DNA of 64,000 bases from an uncultured Dehalococcoidaceae bacterium (GCA_964493435.1 CAZBMB010000003.1:194016-258015), one strand, 5' to 3'. Counted from the stretch's first letter, positions 54,247 through 63,322 are shown. The notes: a model not told the origin generated them from the letters alone. Numbers and translations are program-made.

Positions 54247-54320
54247 TAGCGCATACCGGATTCGAACCGGTGATCTCCTCCTTGAGAGGGAGGTGTCCTA
54301 AACCCCTAGACGAATGCGCC
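54247..54320 (-). tRNA. tRNA-Glu (anticodon CTC)
   Basis: Hand-folded from GGCGCAT-TC-GTCTAGGGGTTTAGGAC-A-CCTCC-CTCTCAA-GGAGG-AGATC-ACCGG-TTCGAAT-CCGGT-ATGCGCT-A. CCA is not encoded. Confidence 0.9.
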
Positions 54321-54330
54321 ACCAGACTGG

Positions 54331-54401
54331 CTGGGGAAGAAGGATTCGAACCTTCGCTTACGGATCCAGAGTCCGCTGTCCTACCACTAGACGATTCCCC
54401 A
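54331..54401 (-). tRNA. tRNA-Gln (anticodon CTG)
   Basis: Hand-folded from TGGGGAA-TC-GTC-TAGTGGTAG-GAC-A-GCGGA-CTCTGGA-TCCGT-AAGC-GAAGG-TTCGAAT-CCTTC-TTCCCCA-G. U1:A72 is typical of tRNA-Gln. Confidence 0.9.
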
Positions 54402-54509
54402 GCACAAGTGAGATTATAACATGTGGACTCACAATCGGGCAATAAACGACCGGTTGACACACCGGGGCTTGATGTATATCCTTATATTCAACGGAAAGGC
54501 CATGCTGCG

Positions 54510-55211
54510 ATGTGTGATATCGGTGCGTTACAGAAGTTACTGAAGATCAAATTTAAAAACCCTCAATTGCTGGAGCAGTCCCTGGTCCACAGCTCATACC
54601 TCAATGAGTATCCCGGCTCGGCGCCGGCGGCCAATGAGCGGCTGGAGTTCCTCGGCGATGCTGTACTGGGCTTAATCGTGGCGGAAAAATTGTACCAGGA
54701 CTTCCCCGATATGCAGGAAGGGGAAATGACCCGAATCCGCTCGATTCTGGTGCGGCAGGAGACGCTGGCGCATATCGCCACCGGCCTGAAGCTTGGCGAT
54801 TGTCTATATCTGGGAAAGGGCGAGGAGGCGGGCGGTGGACGACGGAAACCGGCTAACCTGGCTGCCGCGTTGGAAGCGGTGATTGCGGCCATTTTTCTGG
54901 ATAGCGGCTTGGCGGCCGCCAGGAAAGCAGTGCTGGGGTGGCTCGATAAGGAGCTCGGGGAGGTAATCGGTCGGGGAAAAGGCGTTGACTACAAATCACG
55001 CCTGCAGGAACTGGTACAGTCAAAATACCGTTCCTCACCATCGTATCGGACGGTACAGGCGACTGGCCCTGACCACGATAAGCTGTTCACCGTTGAGGTA
55101 CGGCATGGGGATAGGGTGCTGGGAAGGGGCGCCGGTAAAAGCAGGAAGCTGGCCGAAACGGAGGCGGCGCGACAGGCACTGGAGCAGCCGGGAGGCATCT
55201 TTACACCGTAG
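54510..55211 (+). CDS. rnc: ribonuclease III
   Basis: Start refined to the ATG at 54510; the track start at 54423 overlaps the tRNA promoter region. Contains NERLEFLGDAVLG and a C-terminal dsRBD. Confidence 0.9.
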   Translation: MCDIGALQKLLKIKFKNPQLLEQSLVHSSYLNEYPGSAPAANERLEFLGDAVLGLIVAEKLYQDFPDMQEGEMTRIRSILVRQETLAHIATGLKLGDCLYLGKGEEAGGGRRKPANLAAALEAVIAAIFLDSGLAAARKAVLGWLDKELGEVIGRGKGVDYKSRLQELVQSKYRSSPSYRTVQATGPDHDKLFTVEVRHGDRVLGRGAGKSRKLAETEAARQALEQPGGIFTP

Positions 55212-55272
55212 TGGCTCTTTGCTAAACTGCAAATAAACACCGAAGTTCATTAATATAATCAGAGGGTCAGCG

Positions 55273-55428
55273 ATGGGAAGACGAGATTACCGACATAGAG
55301 AGCCAAAGAAGCACAAAAAAGATACCAGAAAAGTGGCACCGATAAATATCATACAGCCGCCGGCTCAGGTAGAAGTAATCGGGAAGGGAAAAAAGAAACG
55401 GGAAGAAGAGGGGGAGGAAGAGGCATAG
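55273..55428 (+). CDS. possible 51-aa Lys/Arg/Glu-rich small ORF (doubtful)
   Basis: ATG at 55273, TAG at 55426. Translation: MGRRDYRHREPKKHKKDTRKVAPINIIQPPAQVEVIGKGKKKREEEGEEEA. It lies in a purine-rich tract that also carries the SD of the next gene. Confidence 0.2.
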   Translation: MGRRDYRHREPKKHKKDTRKVAPINIIQPPAQVEVIGKGKKKREEEGEEEA

Positions 55429-56357
55429 CCGCTTATCGGCACTTTTATCGAACCGGGGAACTCAGTTCCAGGGTAGAAAAGGCCAGGTCACTACTGGCGC
55501 GGTGTCATCTCTGTGCCCGCGACTGCGGGGTCAATCGACTGAAGGGCGAAAGCGGAGAGTGCCGGACGACGGACAAGGCGCTGGTGTCCAGCTTTGGCCC
55601 GCACTTCGGGGAAGAGGCGCCGCTGGTCGGCAATCATGGCTCAGGCACCATCTTCTTTGCTTACTGCAATCTGCACTGCGTGTTCTGCCAGAATTACAGC
55701 ATCAGCCAGCTTGGCGAAGGCAGTGCCGTGGATAGCAAAGAACTGGCTGGCATGATGCTCTCCCTGCAGGCAAAAGGCTGTCATAACATCAACCTGGTAA
55801 GCCCAACGCATGTGGTGTCGTTCATTCTGGAAGCACTGCAGATGGCAGCAGGCAGGGGACTGCAGCTGCCCGTTGTCTACAATACCGGTGGCTATGACTC
55901 GATGGCAACGCTGCAATTGCTGGACGGGATTGTGGATATCTACATGCCGGATATGAAGTACTCCGAGGCGAAGGTCGGCGAGGAATTCTCCGGTATCAAG
56001 CGTTACCCTCAGGTGAACCGGGCGGCGGTAAAGGAGATGCACCGTCAGGTGGGCGACCTGCATATTGACGGGTCAGGTGTGGCCACGCGGGGATTGCTGG
56101 TGCGTCACCTCGTCCTGCCCCACAGGCTGGCCGGGACCGGGGCTGTGGTCAAGTTTCTTGCCGAGGAAATATCTGAAAACACTTACCTTAACGTCATGGC
56201 TCAGTATCACCCCTGCCATCACGCTTTCGACCATGCCGAGCTATCACGCCCCATAACCAGAGAGGAATTCTCAGAGGCTATTGAGCTGGCCCGGCAATAC
56301 GGACTAAATCGCCTTGATGAACGGGTTTCTCCATCCTTTAAGATTATTGACTGGTAG
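55425..56357 (+). CDS. PflX-type (COG1313) radical SAM protein; proposed non-canonical ATA start
   Basis: CNLHCVFC radical-SAM motif. Conserved family N-terminus (AAYRHFYRTGELSSRVE...CHLCARDCGVNRLKGESGEC) is encoded in frame upstream of the first canonical start (GTG at 55584). GGAGG lies 7 nt before the ATA at 55425. Confidence 0.8.
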   Translation: MAAYRHFYRTGELSSRVEKARSLLARCHLCARDCGVNRLKGESGECRTTDKALVSSFGPHFGEEAPLVGNHGSGTIFFAYCNLHCVFCQNYSISQLGEGSAVDSKELAGMMLSLQAKGCHNINLVSPTHVVSFILEALQMAAGRGLQLPVVYNTGGYDSMATLQLLDGIVDIYMPDMKYSEAKVGEEFSGIKRYPQVNRAAVKEMHRQVGDLHIDGSGVATRGLLVRHLVLPHRLAGTGAVVKFLAEEISENTYLNVMAQYHPCHHAFDHAELSRPITREEFSEAIELARQYGLNRLDERVSPSFKIIDW

Positions 56358-56371
56358 TATAATATTAATAA

Positions 56372-56656
56372 ATGATGAAGGATCTGGTTGCTGTTCACGC
56401 CATAGTATATGGTCGAGTGCAGGGAGTCTTCTTCCGCACTTTTGTGGAGGAGCAGGCACAATATCTCGACCTGAAAGGTTACGTGCGCAATCTCCCTGCT
56501 GGTGATGTGGAGGTGGTGGCTGAGGGTGAACGGGAGCGCGTGGAAAAGCTGATTGAATATCTAAAAGCGGGGCCACCGGCGGCCAAGGTTAAAAGGGTGG
56601 TCACCAAATGGTTCGAATATTCGGGTAAGTACCAGAGGTTCAGTGTCCGATATTAG
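56372..56656 (+). CDS. acyP: acylphosphatase
   Basis: 94 aa. Contains VYGRVQGVFFRTFV...GYVRNLPAGDVEVVAEG. Confidence 0.9.
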   Translation: MMKDLVAVHAIVYGRVQGVFFRTFVEEQAQYLDLKGYVRNLPAGDVEVVAEGERERVEKLIEYLKAGPPAAKVKRVVTKWFEYSGKYQRFSVRY

Positions 56657-57063
56657 GCAGCCGCCGGGCGAAAACCGTAGTACCGGTCGTTTTTAAGCAG
56701 GCGGAGCAGGACTTCCTCTGATGTACGGGAGAGGTCGCCGCCACGTCGTTCACTCAACTGTCTGCCCATTTCCTCTACTGTCATTGGCTCATTGCCGCCG
56801 GCAATGAAGAGCCGGAATAAGCTTTCCATAACGGGCATCTGACCGGTGATAAAACCGGCGCTCTGATGGCAGCATTCTCTGATTCGGCTGATAAATTCAG
56901 TTTCGGAAGTCGGGCTGTCCTCTTTGCTCAGCTTTTTACGACAATCATCACAGAGGCAGCCCCGGAGCAGGGCCGAGATGGAGCGACCGCGCTCCGAATA
57001 CCAGCCTGAGTCAATAAACCAGCGCGTTAACGGTTGGTCAGTGCTTATATCGTCTTTCGTCAT
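56653..57063 (-). CDS. hypothetical Cys-containing protein
   Basis: 136 aa. CLCDDC and CC motifs; no family recognised. It is the last gene of the mobA-moeA-mobB operon. Confidence 0.5.
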   Translation of the reverse strand: MTKDDISTDQPLTRWFIDSGWYSERGRSISALLRGCLCDDCRKKLSKEDSPTSETEFISRIRECCHQSAGFITGQMPVMESLFRLFIAGGNEPMTVEEMGRQLSERRGGDLSRTSEEVLLRLLKNDRYYGFRPAAA

Positions 57064-57083
57064 ACGGCTCGGAGTAAAATTAT

Positions 57084-57815
57084 TTAGGCTTCAAGTTCGA
57101 CTTTTGCGGTTTTAATTAAGTTCAGATGCGGTATCTTCAGTCCAAGTGTCTCGGAAACCTCGCGGTCTACCTCGTAGGGCTCGCCGACAAATATCTTACC
57201 ATATTCCTCAATCTCACTGCGAGAGGAGTCGTTTTTGCTGAGCAGCTTTTTCTGGGCTTCAATAATTCCCAGGTCGAAAGGAAGCGTGAAATAGAGGTCA
57301 GCAATTACCTTATCAATGCCCAGACTATAAAAAGTGTCCCACCCATTGGCAGATTTCTCTTGATATTTGCTGATGGGCAGCAGTGATAGCAGGTTCATGA
57401 TGCTGAGACAGCAACCACCATTGATGATTTTCAGGGGAGCCACGGATATCAGGTAATCACTGGAAAGGATTACATTTGGCACCCAGAACGTGGGTACGGC
57501 GAGGGGTTTGGGCAGGGGATTGTCTACCTCCACCCAGACGCAGTCCTTAACGTCCATGGCCAATACCCGTGGAAAGTCATAGCCCAGGGCCTGGTATACC
57601 GGATAAATCGGTTCGCTGTCAGGCGTACCGTCCAGAATAATAATATCAGCGTCACTGACCCGACGAATGCCCTTGATGATTGTCGCCAGCATACCTTTAC
57701 TCGTTGAAACCGGGTATGGAACCGCATGCGAGGCAGTCGGCTTGACTAAAATCCGACGCGCCCTTGATACCACGGCCGGCGGTTTAAAGGTAAATTCATC
57801 GGCCTCGAATATCAA
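57084..57815 (-). CDS. DUF362-like protein
   Basis: 243 aa. ILVKPTAS..., SDYLISVAPLKII and IFVGEPYEVD resemble the DUF362 pattern. Overlaps mobB by 4 nt. Confidence 0.55.
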   Translation of the reverse strand: MIFEADEFTFKPPAVVSRARRILVKPTASHAVPYPVSTSKGMLATIIKGIRRVSDADIIILDGTPDSEPIYPVYQALGYDFPRVLAMDVKDCVWVEVDNPLPKPLAVPTFWVPNVILSSDYLISVAPLKIINGGCCLSIMNLLSLLPISKYQEKSANGWDTFYSLGIDKVIADLYFTLPFDLGIIEAQKKLLSKNDSSRSEIEEYGKIFVGEPYEVDREVSETLGLKIPHLNLIKTAKVELEA

Positions 57816-58471
57816 GATTTCCTCCTCATAAAGACGCCCAGTGTTCTTAATCGCTCAGTCGCTTTCAGGCCAGCGGCAATAGCCATCAGGGTCCTGAGCA
57901 GCAGGTTTTTGCCTGGCCTGTCTAGGGGGACATATCGGCCATTGACGATTAGTTCAATGCTTTCTTCTGCGGCGGCCAGACATTTCTGTTCAATCAGATC
58001 GGCTATTTTATCAACTTCAGTTTTATTGAACTGCGGAACCTTGACATTTATTGGCCTATCGGTGACAATCGCCAGCAGCTGTTCCGGCGGGCTGACCAGG
58101 TCAGAGTCCTGCCCACTGCCAATGACCTCAATTTTAGGGTAGGCATACTGCTTGAATCCTTCAGTAAGAACCAGGTCGCAGTCCGCTCCAATGTACGGCA
58201 ACAGCGCCTGCGGGTCCGGGCCATTTTCCAGACGACGGATTACGGCCAGCCTGTCCTTTGAACTTATCGCTGATACCTGGCTGCCGGCCCGACTAAAGCG
58301 CCAGCTGTCTTTGTTTGGCGTATCAAGTTCAAAGTCATCAGCGGCGTGTTTGATAACCGCGACGCGGCGGCCACGCTGCCCGAGCACCTTTATCAGGGCT
58401 TCAAGCAGGGTCGTCTTGCCCGAGTCTGATTTTCCGACAATAGAAACAATTGGTGGCATGCTACAATTCAC
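57812..58471 (-). CDS. mobB: molybdopterin-guanine dinucleotide biosynthesis adapter MobB with C-terminal extension
   Basis: 219 aa. Contains IVGKSDSGKTTLLEALI...VAVIKH, plus a roughly 60-aa extra C-terminus. Confidence 0.8.
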   Translation of the reverse strand: MNCSMPPIVSIVGKSDSGKTTLLEALIKVLGQRGRRVAVIKHAADDFELDTPNKDSWRFSRAGSQVSAISSKDRLAVIRRLENGPDPQALLPYIGADCDLVLTEGFKQYAYPKIEVIGSGQDSDLVSPPEQLLAIVTDRPINVKVPQFNKTEVDKIADLIEQKCLAAAEESIELIVNGRYVPLDRPGKNLLLRTLMAIAAGLKATERLRTLGVFMRRKS

Positions 58472-58477
58472 CAGCGG

Positions 58478-59746
58478 TCAGATATTGTTTTCCTCATCCC
58501 AGCCCAGCATTATTACCTTGACCATTTCACCGGCTTTGGCATCGGCGGTGTCCTCGGGAATGACCACCAGACCATTGGCCAGGCTCATTGAAGTGAGAAT
58601 TCCAGAGCCCTGGGGACCGGTGAGGCGCGCATAGTACTTGTTTTTGCGCCTGGTGACAATTGCTCTGATATACATACGGCGGTCATCGGTATTGACCACC
58701 GGCTCTTCCAGTACGGCTTCAATTACCGGTTTGGCCAGGTTCTTCTTCCCCATCATTTTTAATATCGCCGGGCGGGCAAATAGCTCAAAGGTGACCATGG
58801 AGCTGACCGGGTTGCCGGGGAGACCGAGGTGGGGTACCCTGCGGGGACTGCCATCTTTAGCAACTCCATGGAAGGCGCCGAAAGCCAGCGGCTTGCCCGG
58901 CTTCATGCGTACCGTCCAGAAGCTTATTTCGCCTTCGCTGGCCAGGACATCTTTCACCATATCATAGTCACCGGCGGAGACACCGCCGCTGGTAATCAGC
59001 ATGTCGGCGTCAAGACCCTGGCGCAGCTTGGCTATCAGAGACTCCTCGCTATCAAGCGCGATGCCAAGTATTTTGGGGATGCCGCCATAGCGCCTGACCA
59101 GCGCGGCCACGCTGTAGGTATTGCTGTTGTATATTTTGCCCGCGGGCAATGGCTTGTTGATATCGACCAGCTCGTTGCCGGTGGCCAGAACGGCCACCAC
59201 CGGGCGGCGGATAACGTTCACCGTGCCCATGCCCAGTGAAGCCAGTACACCGACCTCAGACGGCCTGATAACAGTGCCTTTCTTGAACACCAGGGTACCC
59301 CGGGCGATGTCTTCTCCGGCGCGCCGAATGTTCAGGCCGGGCTTGACTTCACATAATATTCCTATTTCGTGGCTGTCAGAGCTCTGGCGAACTGCTTCGT
59401 CAGTATCTTCAAAGCGGATGACGCTATCGGCACCGGCCGGCACCGGCGCTCCGGTCATAATGCGGATGGCCGTGCCCGGTGTTACCTTTCGTTGGGAGAT
59501 GGCGCCGGCGATAACGGTATCAATGACGCGCAGCATGCGTGGCGGCTGTCCTCTGGCACCGCGCGTATCCTCGGCCCTCAACGCGTAACCGTCCATGGCG
59601 GCATTGTCCAGCGGCGGTATATCTATATGGGAGGCGATATCCTCCGCCAGTACCTGCCCCTGAGATTCCAGAATCGGGGCCGCCTCCACTTCAAGGACAT
59701 CAACATAGCTGAGCACTTTTTCCAGTGCTTCTTCAACGCTTATCAT
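58478..59746 (-). CDS. moeA: molybdopterin molybdenumtransferase MoeA
   Basis: 422 aa with MoeA domain order. Contains TSGGVSAGDYD. Confidence 0.88.
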   Translation of the reverse strand: MISVEEALEKVLSYVDVLEVEAAPILESQGQVLAEDIASHIDIPPLDNAAMDGYALRAEDTRGARGQPPRMLRVIDTVIAGAISQRKVTPGTAIRIMTGAPVPAGADSVIRFEDTDEAVRQSSDSHEIGILCEVKPGLNIRRAGEDIARGTLVFKKGTVIRPSEVGVLASLGMGTVNVIRRPVVAVLATGNELVDINKPLPAGKIYNSNTYSVAALVRRYGGIPKILGIALDSEESLIAKLRQGLDADMLITSGGVSAGDYDMVKDVLASEGEISFWTVRMKPGKPLAFGAFHGVAKDGSPRRVPHLGLPGNPVSSMVTFELFARPAILKMMGKKNLAKPVIEAVLEEPVVNTDDRRMYIRAIVTRRKNKYYARLTGPQGSGILTSMSLANGLVVIPEDTADAKAGEMVKVIMLGWDEENNI

Positions 59747-60351
59747 GGCCCTATGCCTCGGCTAATTTCTTCCGCTTTCAACAGGTCGGCCCGGGTATTG
59801 ATGTTGAAAAAACTGAGGTGCTCCGGGTCGAAACTTTCAATTTCTTCGGCGTCCACATATCTCGTCTTGACCATGGGGAAGAGACGGCGGACTGATAGTT
59901 CACCCTGATTAAGCAGGCTCTGCACGGATTCCAGACAGTTCTTGGTATAGATGGCATGCAGTGGTTCCGCCAGGTCGCCAACTCTGGGCACCGTAAGGTC
60001 GAAATCAGTTGAGACCTGCATCATATATTGCAATAATTCCTGATTCAGAAATGGCATATCGGAGGCGACAACCAGGTTATGCCATGATTTGGAGGCTAGC
60101 AAGCCCGTGTAAATTCCACCCAGCGGACCTTTGCCAGGCTGGACGTCGGTTACTATCTTTAACGCAGGATACCTATCCGAGCAGGCCAGGGTATTATTGC
60201 TGGCGGCTACCAATATCGTCTCCCGGGAGAGGGGGATTACGCAGTCTATTACCAGGTCCAGCAGATTACGGTCGCCAACAGTTTTGAAAACCTTATTGTG
60301 CCCCAGACGGGAACTCCTGCCACCGGCAAGAACAATACAGCTAATTTCCAA
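59743..60351 (-). CDS. mobA: molybdenum cofactor guanylyltransferase MobA
   Basis: 202 aa, TTG start. Contains IVLAGGRSSRLG. Confidence 0.85.
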   Translation of the reverse strand: MEISCIVLAGGRSSRLGHNKVFKTVGDRNLLDLVIDCVIPLSRETILVAASNNTLACSDRYPALKIVTDVQPGKGPLGGIYTGLLASKSWHNLVVASDMPFLNQELLQYMMQVSTDFDLTVPRVGDLAEPLHAIYTKNCLESVQSLLNQGELSVRRLFPMVKTRYVDAEEIESFDPEHLSFFNINTRADLLKAEEISRGIGP

Positions 60352-60477
60352 TGCAGTAAAAAAATCCCGGCAACCTCACCCCTGATTTATTATTTTACCA
60401 CGAACGTTGCAAAACTTCCAGAGGTGGAAGCTGGTTGCCGCATTATCTACGCCATGGTTTGCCGATGCCGGTGCCGT

Positions 60478-61119
60478 CTATCGTGCTGGCTTCAGCACGA
60501 TAATCTGAGTAGCCGGCGGCAATTCTGCAGCCTTGAACTCCACTTCACTGGCATCGGGCTGGCTGATATCTTTCTTGCCGCGCAGGAAGTCATCAACGCC
60601 AGCTATAGGGAAGTTGCATTTACTGTTCTTGAAGTGCATCGGGATGACCACTCTGGGCTTGAGCTGCTCAGCGACGTGGCTGGCAACGCTGGCGTCAATG
60701 GTATAAAAACCACCCACCGGCATGAGGAGCACGTCTACGGTGCCAATTGCCAACACCTGCTCGGTGGTCAGTTCGTGGCCGAGGTCGCCGAGGTGGCATA
60801 CCTTCACCCCATCGACATCAAAGCAGAACAGGGTATTTTTGCCCCGGTCCTTGCCTCCGGCCGCATCGTGGAAGGCGGGGATGCCCTTGAACCTGATACC
60901 TTTTATCTCGGCGTCGCCTTTGACTATCTGGGGACTGCCCTTTACGGTGGCAACACTGCCGTGGTCAGAATGGTCATGGCTCACGGTGACGATGTCAGCG
61001 GATTCATTTATTTCGCCATAGTGGAGCCTTTCGTCAGGAATGTAGGGGTCAGTTATAATCTTTACGCCGCTATTTGAGGTGATTAGAAAAGAAGCGTGTC
61101 CCAGCCACTTTATTTTCAT
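60478..61119 (-). CDS. MBL-fold metal-dependent hydrolase (UPF0173-like)
   Basis: 213 aa. Contains MKIKWLGHASFLI and SHDHSDHG. Confidence 0.85.
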   Translation of the reverse strand: MKIKWLGHASFLITSNSGVKIITDPYIPDERLHYGEINESADIVTVSHDHSDHGSVATVKGSPQIVKGDAEIKGIRFKGIPAFHDAAGGKDRGKNTLFCFDVDGVKVCHLGDLGHELTTEQVLAIGTVDVLLMPVGGFYTIDASVASHVAEQLKPRVVIPMHFKNSKCNFPIAGVDDFLRGKKDISQPDASEVEFKAAELPPATQIIVLKPAR

Positions 61120-61138
61120 TATTAATCGCCTCCTTATT

Positions 61139-62650
61139 TTATTTTGCCGATTCCTCTGTTAAAGAGAGGACAAGATTGACCAGCGTGCGTACCGGCACGC
61201 CGGTGGCTCCCTTTATCTGGTAGCCGCGCTCCTTGTCACTGAGGCTGGTGCCGGCGATGTCCAGGTGTACCCAGGGGGTGTCGTCAACAAATTCAGCTAA
61301 AAATTTGGCCGCGGTGATGGCTCCGCCAAGTCGGCCGCCAACGTTTTTGATATCGGCAATATCACTTTTATTTTGCTCCTTGTACTCGTCATACATCGGC
61401 ATCTGCCAGATGAGCTCGCCGGCTTCTTCGCCTGCGGCAAGGACGCGGTCGATTAGCTCCTGATTGTTGCCAAAGGCTCCGGTGCAGATATCGCCCAGTG
61501 CGATACGGCAGGCACCGGTCAGCGTGGCCGCGTCAACCATTTTTTTGGCGCCCTGCTTCTTGGCATAACTTAACGCGTCGGCCAGTATCAATCTTCCTTC
61601 AGCGTCGGTGGAGATGATTTCGATGGTCTTGCCGTTCATGGCGGTGAGGACATCACCCGGTTTGAGTGCCCTGCCATCAGGCAGGTTTTCCGTGGCCGGA
61701 ATGAGCGCCATCACGTTGACTTTGGGTTTGAGCCTGGCGATGGCGGCCATGGCCGCCATTACCGCCGCGCCGCCGGCCATATCCCCCTTCATTTCCTCGA
61801 GCTTCTCGGCAGGTTTTATGGAGATGCCGCCTGAGTCGAAAGTGATTCCCTTGCCCACCAGGGCGATGTCAGGCTCTCTGGCGGCGGTGCCTTTATAGTT
61901 CATTACCATGAATTTCGGTGGTTGCTGGCTTCCCTGTGCGACGCCCAGTATACCGCCCATGCCCATTTCCTTCATCTGCTCGGCGTCAAATACGGTGATT
62001 TCCAGACCGCGGCTTTCCGCTACTCTGGCGGCCATTTGCGCCATATCCGCCGGGGTCATGAAGTTGGCCGGCTCGTTTACCATATCGCGGGCGAGGTTGG
62101 TAGCCTCTGATATAATCTGTCCTTTATTGACTCCCCCTTCAAGTTGCGATTTTGAGCCATCAGCACCCGCGATGGAGAGCTGCTTGATTTCACCGGGCTT
62201 ATCCTCTTCCTTGGTTATGTGCTTGCGAAACGTATAAGTCCCGAGCAGTGCTCCTTCAGTAACGGCTTGGGCAGCAGCAGCAGGGTTGATATTGTTTATG
62301 TTTGCTCCCTGCGGAACGGTGGCGATGGTGCTGATTTCCCTGGCGCGCAGCCAGCGACAGGCCTCGGCCACGGCGACGCGCACTTTATTTATGGACAGCT
62401 CTGACGGCTTGCCCAGCCCGACTATCGCCACATGGGCGGCGGGCAGCTTGCCGAGGCTGTGTACCATCGTTATCTCGTTGGGTTTGCCCTTGATTTCCCC
62501 ACGCTTTATAAGCTGCGAAATGGCCCCATCCAACGCCCTGTCCACGGCGGCCGTTTCCCCTTCGGGGTTTTTAGCGCCTTCAAAGTGGTTGACGATAATG
62601 GCATCGGCCTCAATACTGGCGATATCACCGACGATGACTTTGATCTCCAT
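61139..62650 (-). CDS. pepA: leucyl aminopeptidase (M17)
   Basis: 503 aa. Contains VGKGITFDSGGISIKP and STDAEGRLILAD. Confidence 0.9.
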   Translation of the reverse strand: MEIKVIVGDIASIEADAIIVNHFEGAKNPEGETAAVDRALDGAISQLIKRGEIKGKPNEITMVHSLGKLPAAHVAIVGLGKPSELSINKVRVAVAEACRWLRAREISTIATVPQGANINNINPAAAAQAVTEGALLGTYTFRKHITKEEDKPGEIKQLSIAGADGSKSQLEGGVNKGQIISEATNLARDMVNEPANFMTPADMAQMAARVAESRGLEITVFDAEQMKEMGMGGILGVAQGSQQPPKFMVMNYKGTAAREPDIALVGKGITFDSGGISIKPAEKLEEMKGDMAGGAAVMAAMAAIARLKPKVNVMALIPATENLPDGRALKPGDVLTAMNGKTIEIISTDAEGRLILADALSYAKKQGAKKMVDAATLTGACRIALGDICTGAFGNNQELIDRVLAAGEEAGELIWQMPMYDEYKEQNKSDIADIKNVGGRLGGAITAAKFLAEFVDDTPWVHLDIAGTSLSDKERGYQIKGATGVPVRTLVNLVLSLTEESAK

Positions 62651-62665
62651 AGTTTGGTTCTCCTT

Positions 62666-63256
62666 TCAGCGGTTTACCTCTCGGACAATCTTATCCAGGA
62701 CCGGGGTTATGTCCCGCGAGGTATCAACGGCGAAATGGTTGTGGCGTATTCTCTGCGCCGAACTTTGCATCTTCTGGAATACTGCCCAGTCAGCTTCCGA
62801 GTGGTCTTCTGCCAAAGCAACTCCCTTGGTGCGGTTCCTGAGTCGCTCCTGTACCACCTCAAGCGGTGCTTCCACGCGCACCAGAATCAACCTGACGTTG
62901 CACTGGTAGGCAATATGGTGAAGGCGCTCGCGGTTCCGCTCCGAGAGGTTGGTGGCATCCAGAACCACGGATATCCCCTTTTTCAGCAGCTGCTCGATGA
63001 GATGATGGATGGCCTGGAAAAGCCGGGCGCTTTCCGCAGCGCTGTAGGTGGGCGATGGAAAAAGCGCCTTGCGCATCAAATCGCTTTCCAGGATAGTGAC
63101 GGGGATTTTATCCGCCAGCTGGCGGCAAAAGTGTGATTTGCCGGTCCCGGGCAGACCGCTGACCACGATGAAAGCTGGCTTCACCACCGGTTCCGGGAGA
63201 TGGCCCAGGCTTTCCAGAAGCTGCTCTGCGTCACTGACAACCTGCGTCTCGGTCAC
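62666..63256 (-). CDS. P-loop AAA_33/zeta-toxin-like kinase-fold ATPase
   Basis: 196 aa. Walker A motif SGLPGTGKSHF. Confidence 0.65.
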   Translation of the reverse strand: MTETQVVSDAEQLLESLGHLPEPVVKPAFIVVSGLPGTGKSHFCRQLADKIPVTILESDLMRKALFPSPTYSAAESARLFQAIHHLIEQLLKKGISVVLDATNLSERNRERLHHIAYQCNVRLILVRVEAPLEVVQERLRNRTKGVALAEDHSEADWAVFQKMQSSAQRIRHNHFAVDTSRDITPVLDKIVREVNR

Positions 63257-63322
63257 ACCCTGATTATAGGACGTTTTTCACGATTGTGCCAGATGGCTGG
63301 TTCTGTTTGCCCTTGTTGTCGG

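Noticed and set aside
54182-54460. 92-aa minus-strand ORF
   Set aside because: It is read straight through the tRNA-Glu and tRNA-Gln genes, so it is an artefact.
55273-55428. Treating the 51-codon K/R/E-rich ORF as a confident gene or as the true N-terminus of the radical SAM protein via frameshift
   Set aside because: The composition simply mirrors a purine-rich tract. Homologues of the radical SAM family start at the position of the ATA codon, so an N-terminal extension is unnecessary. It is kept at low confidence only.
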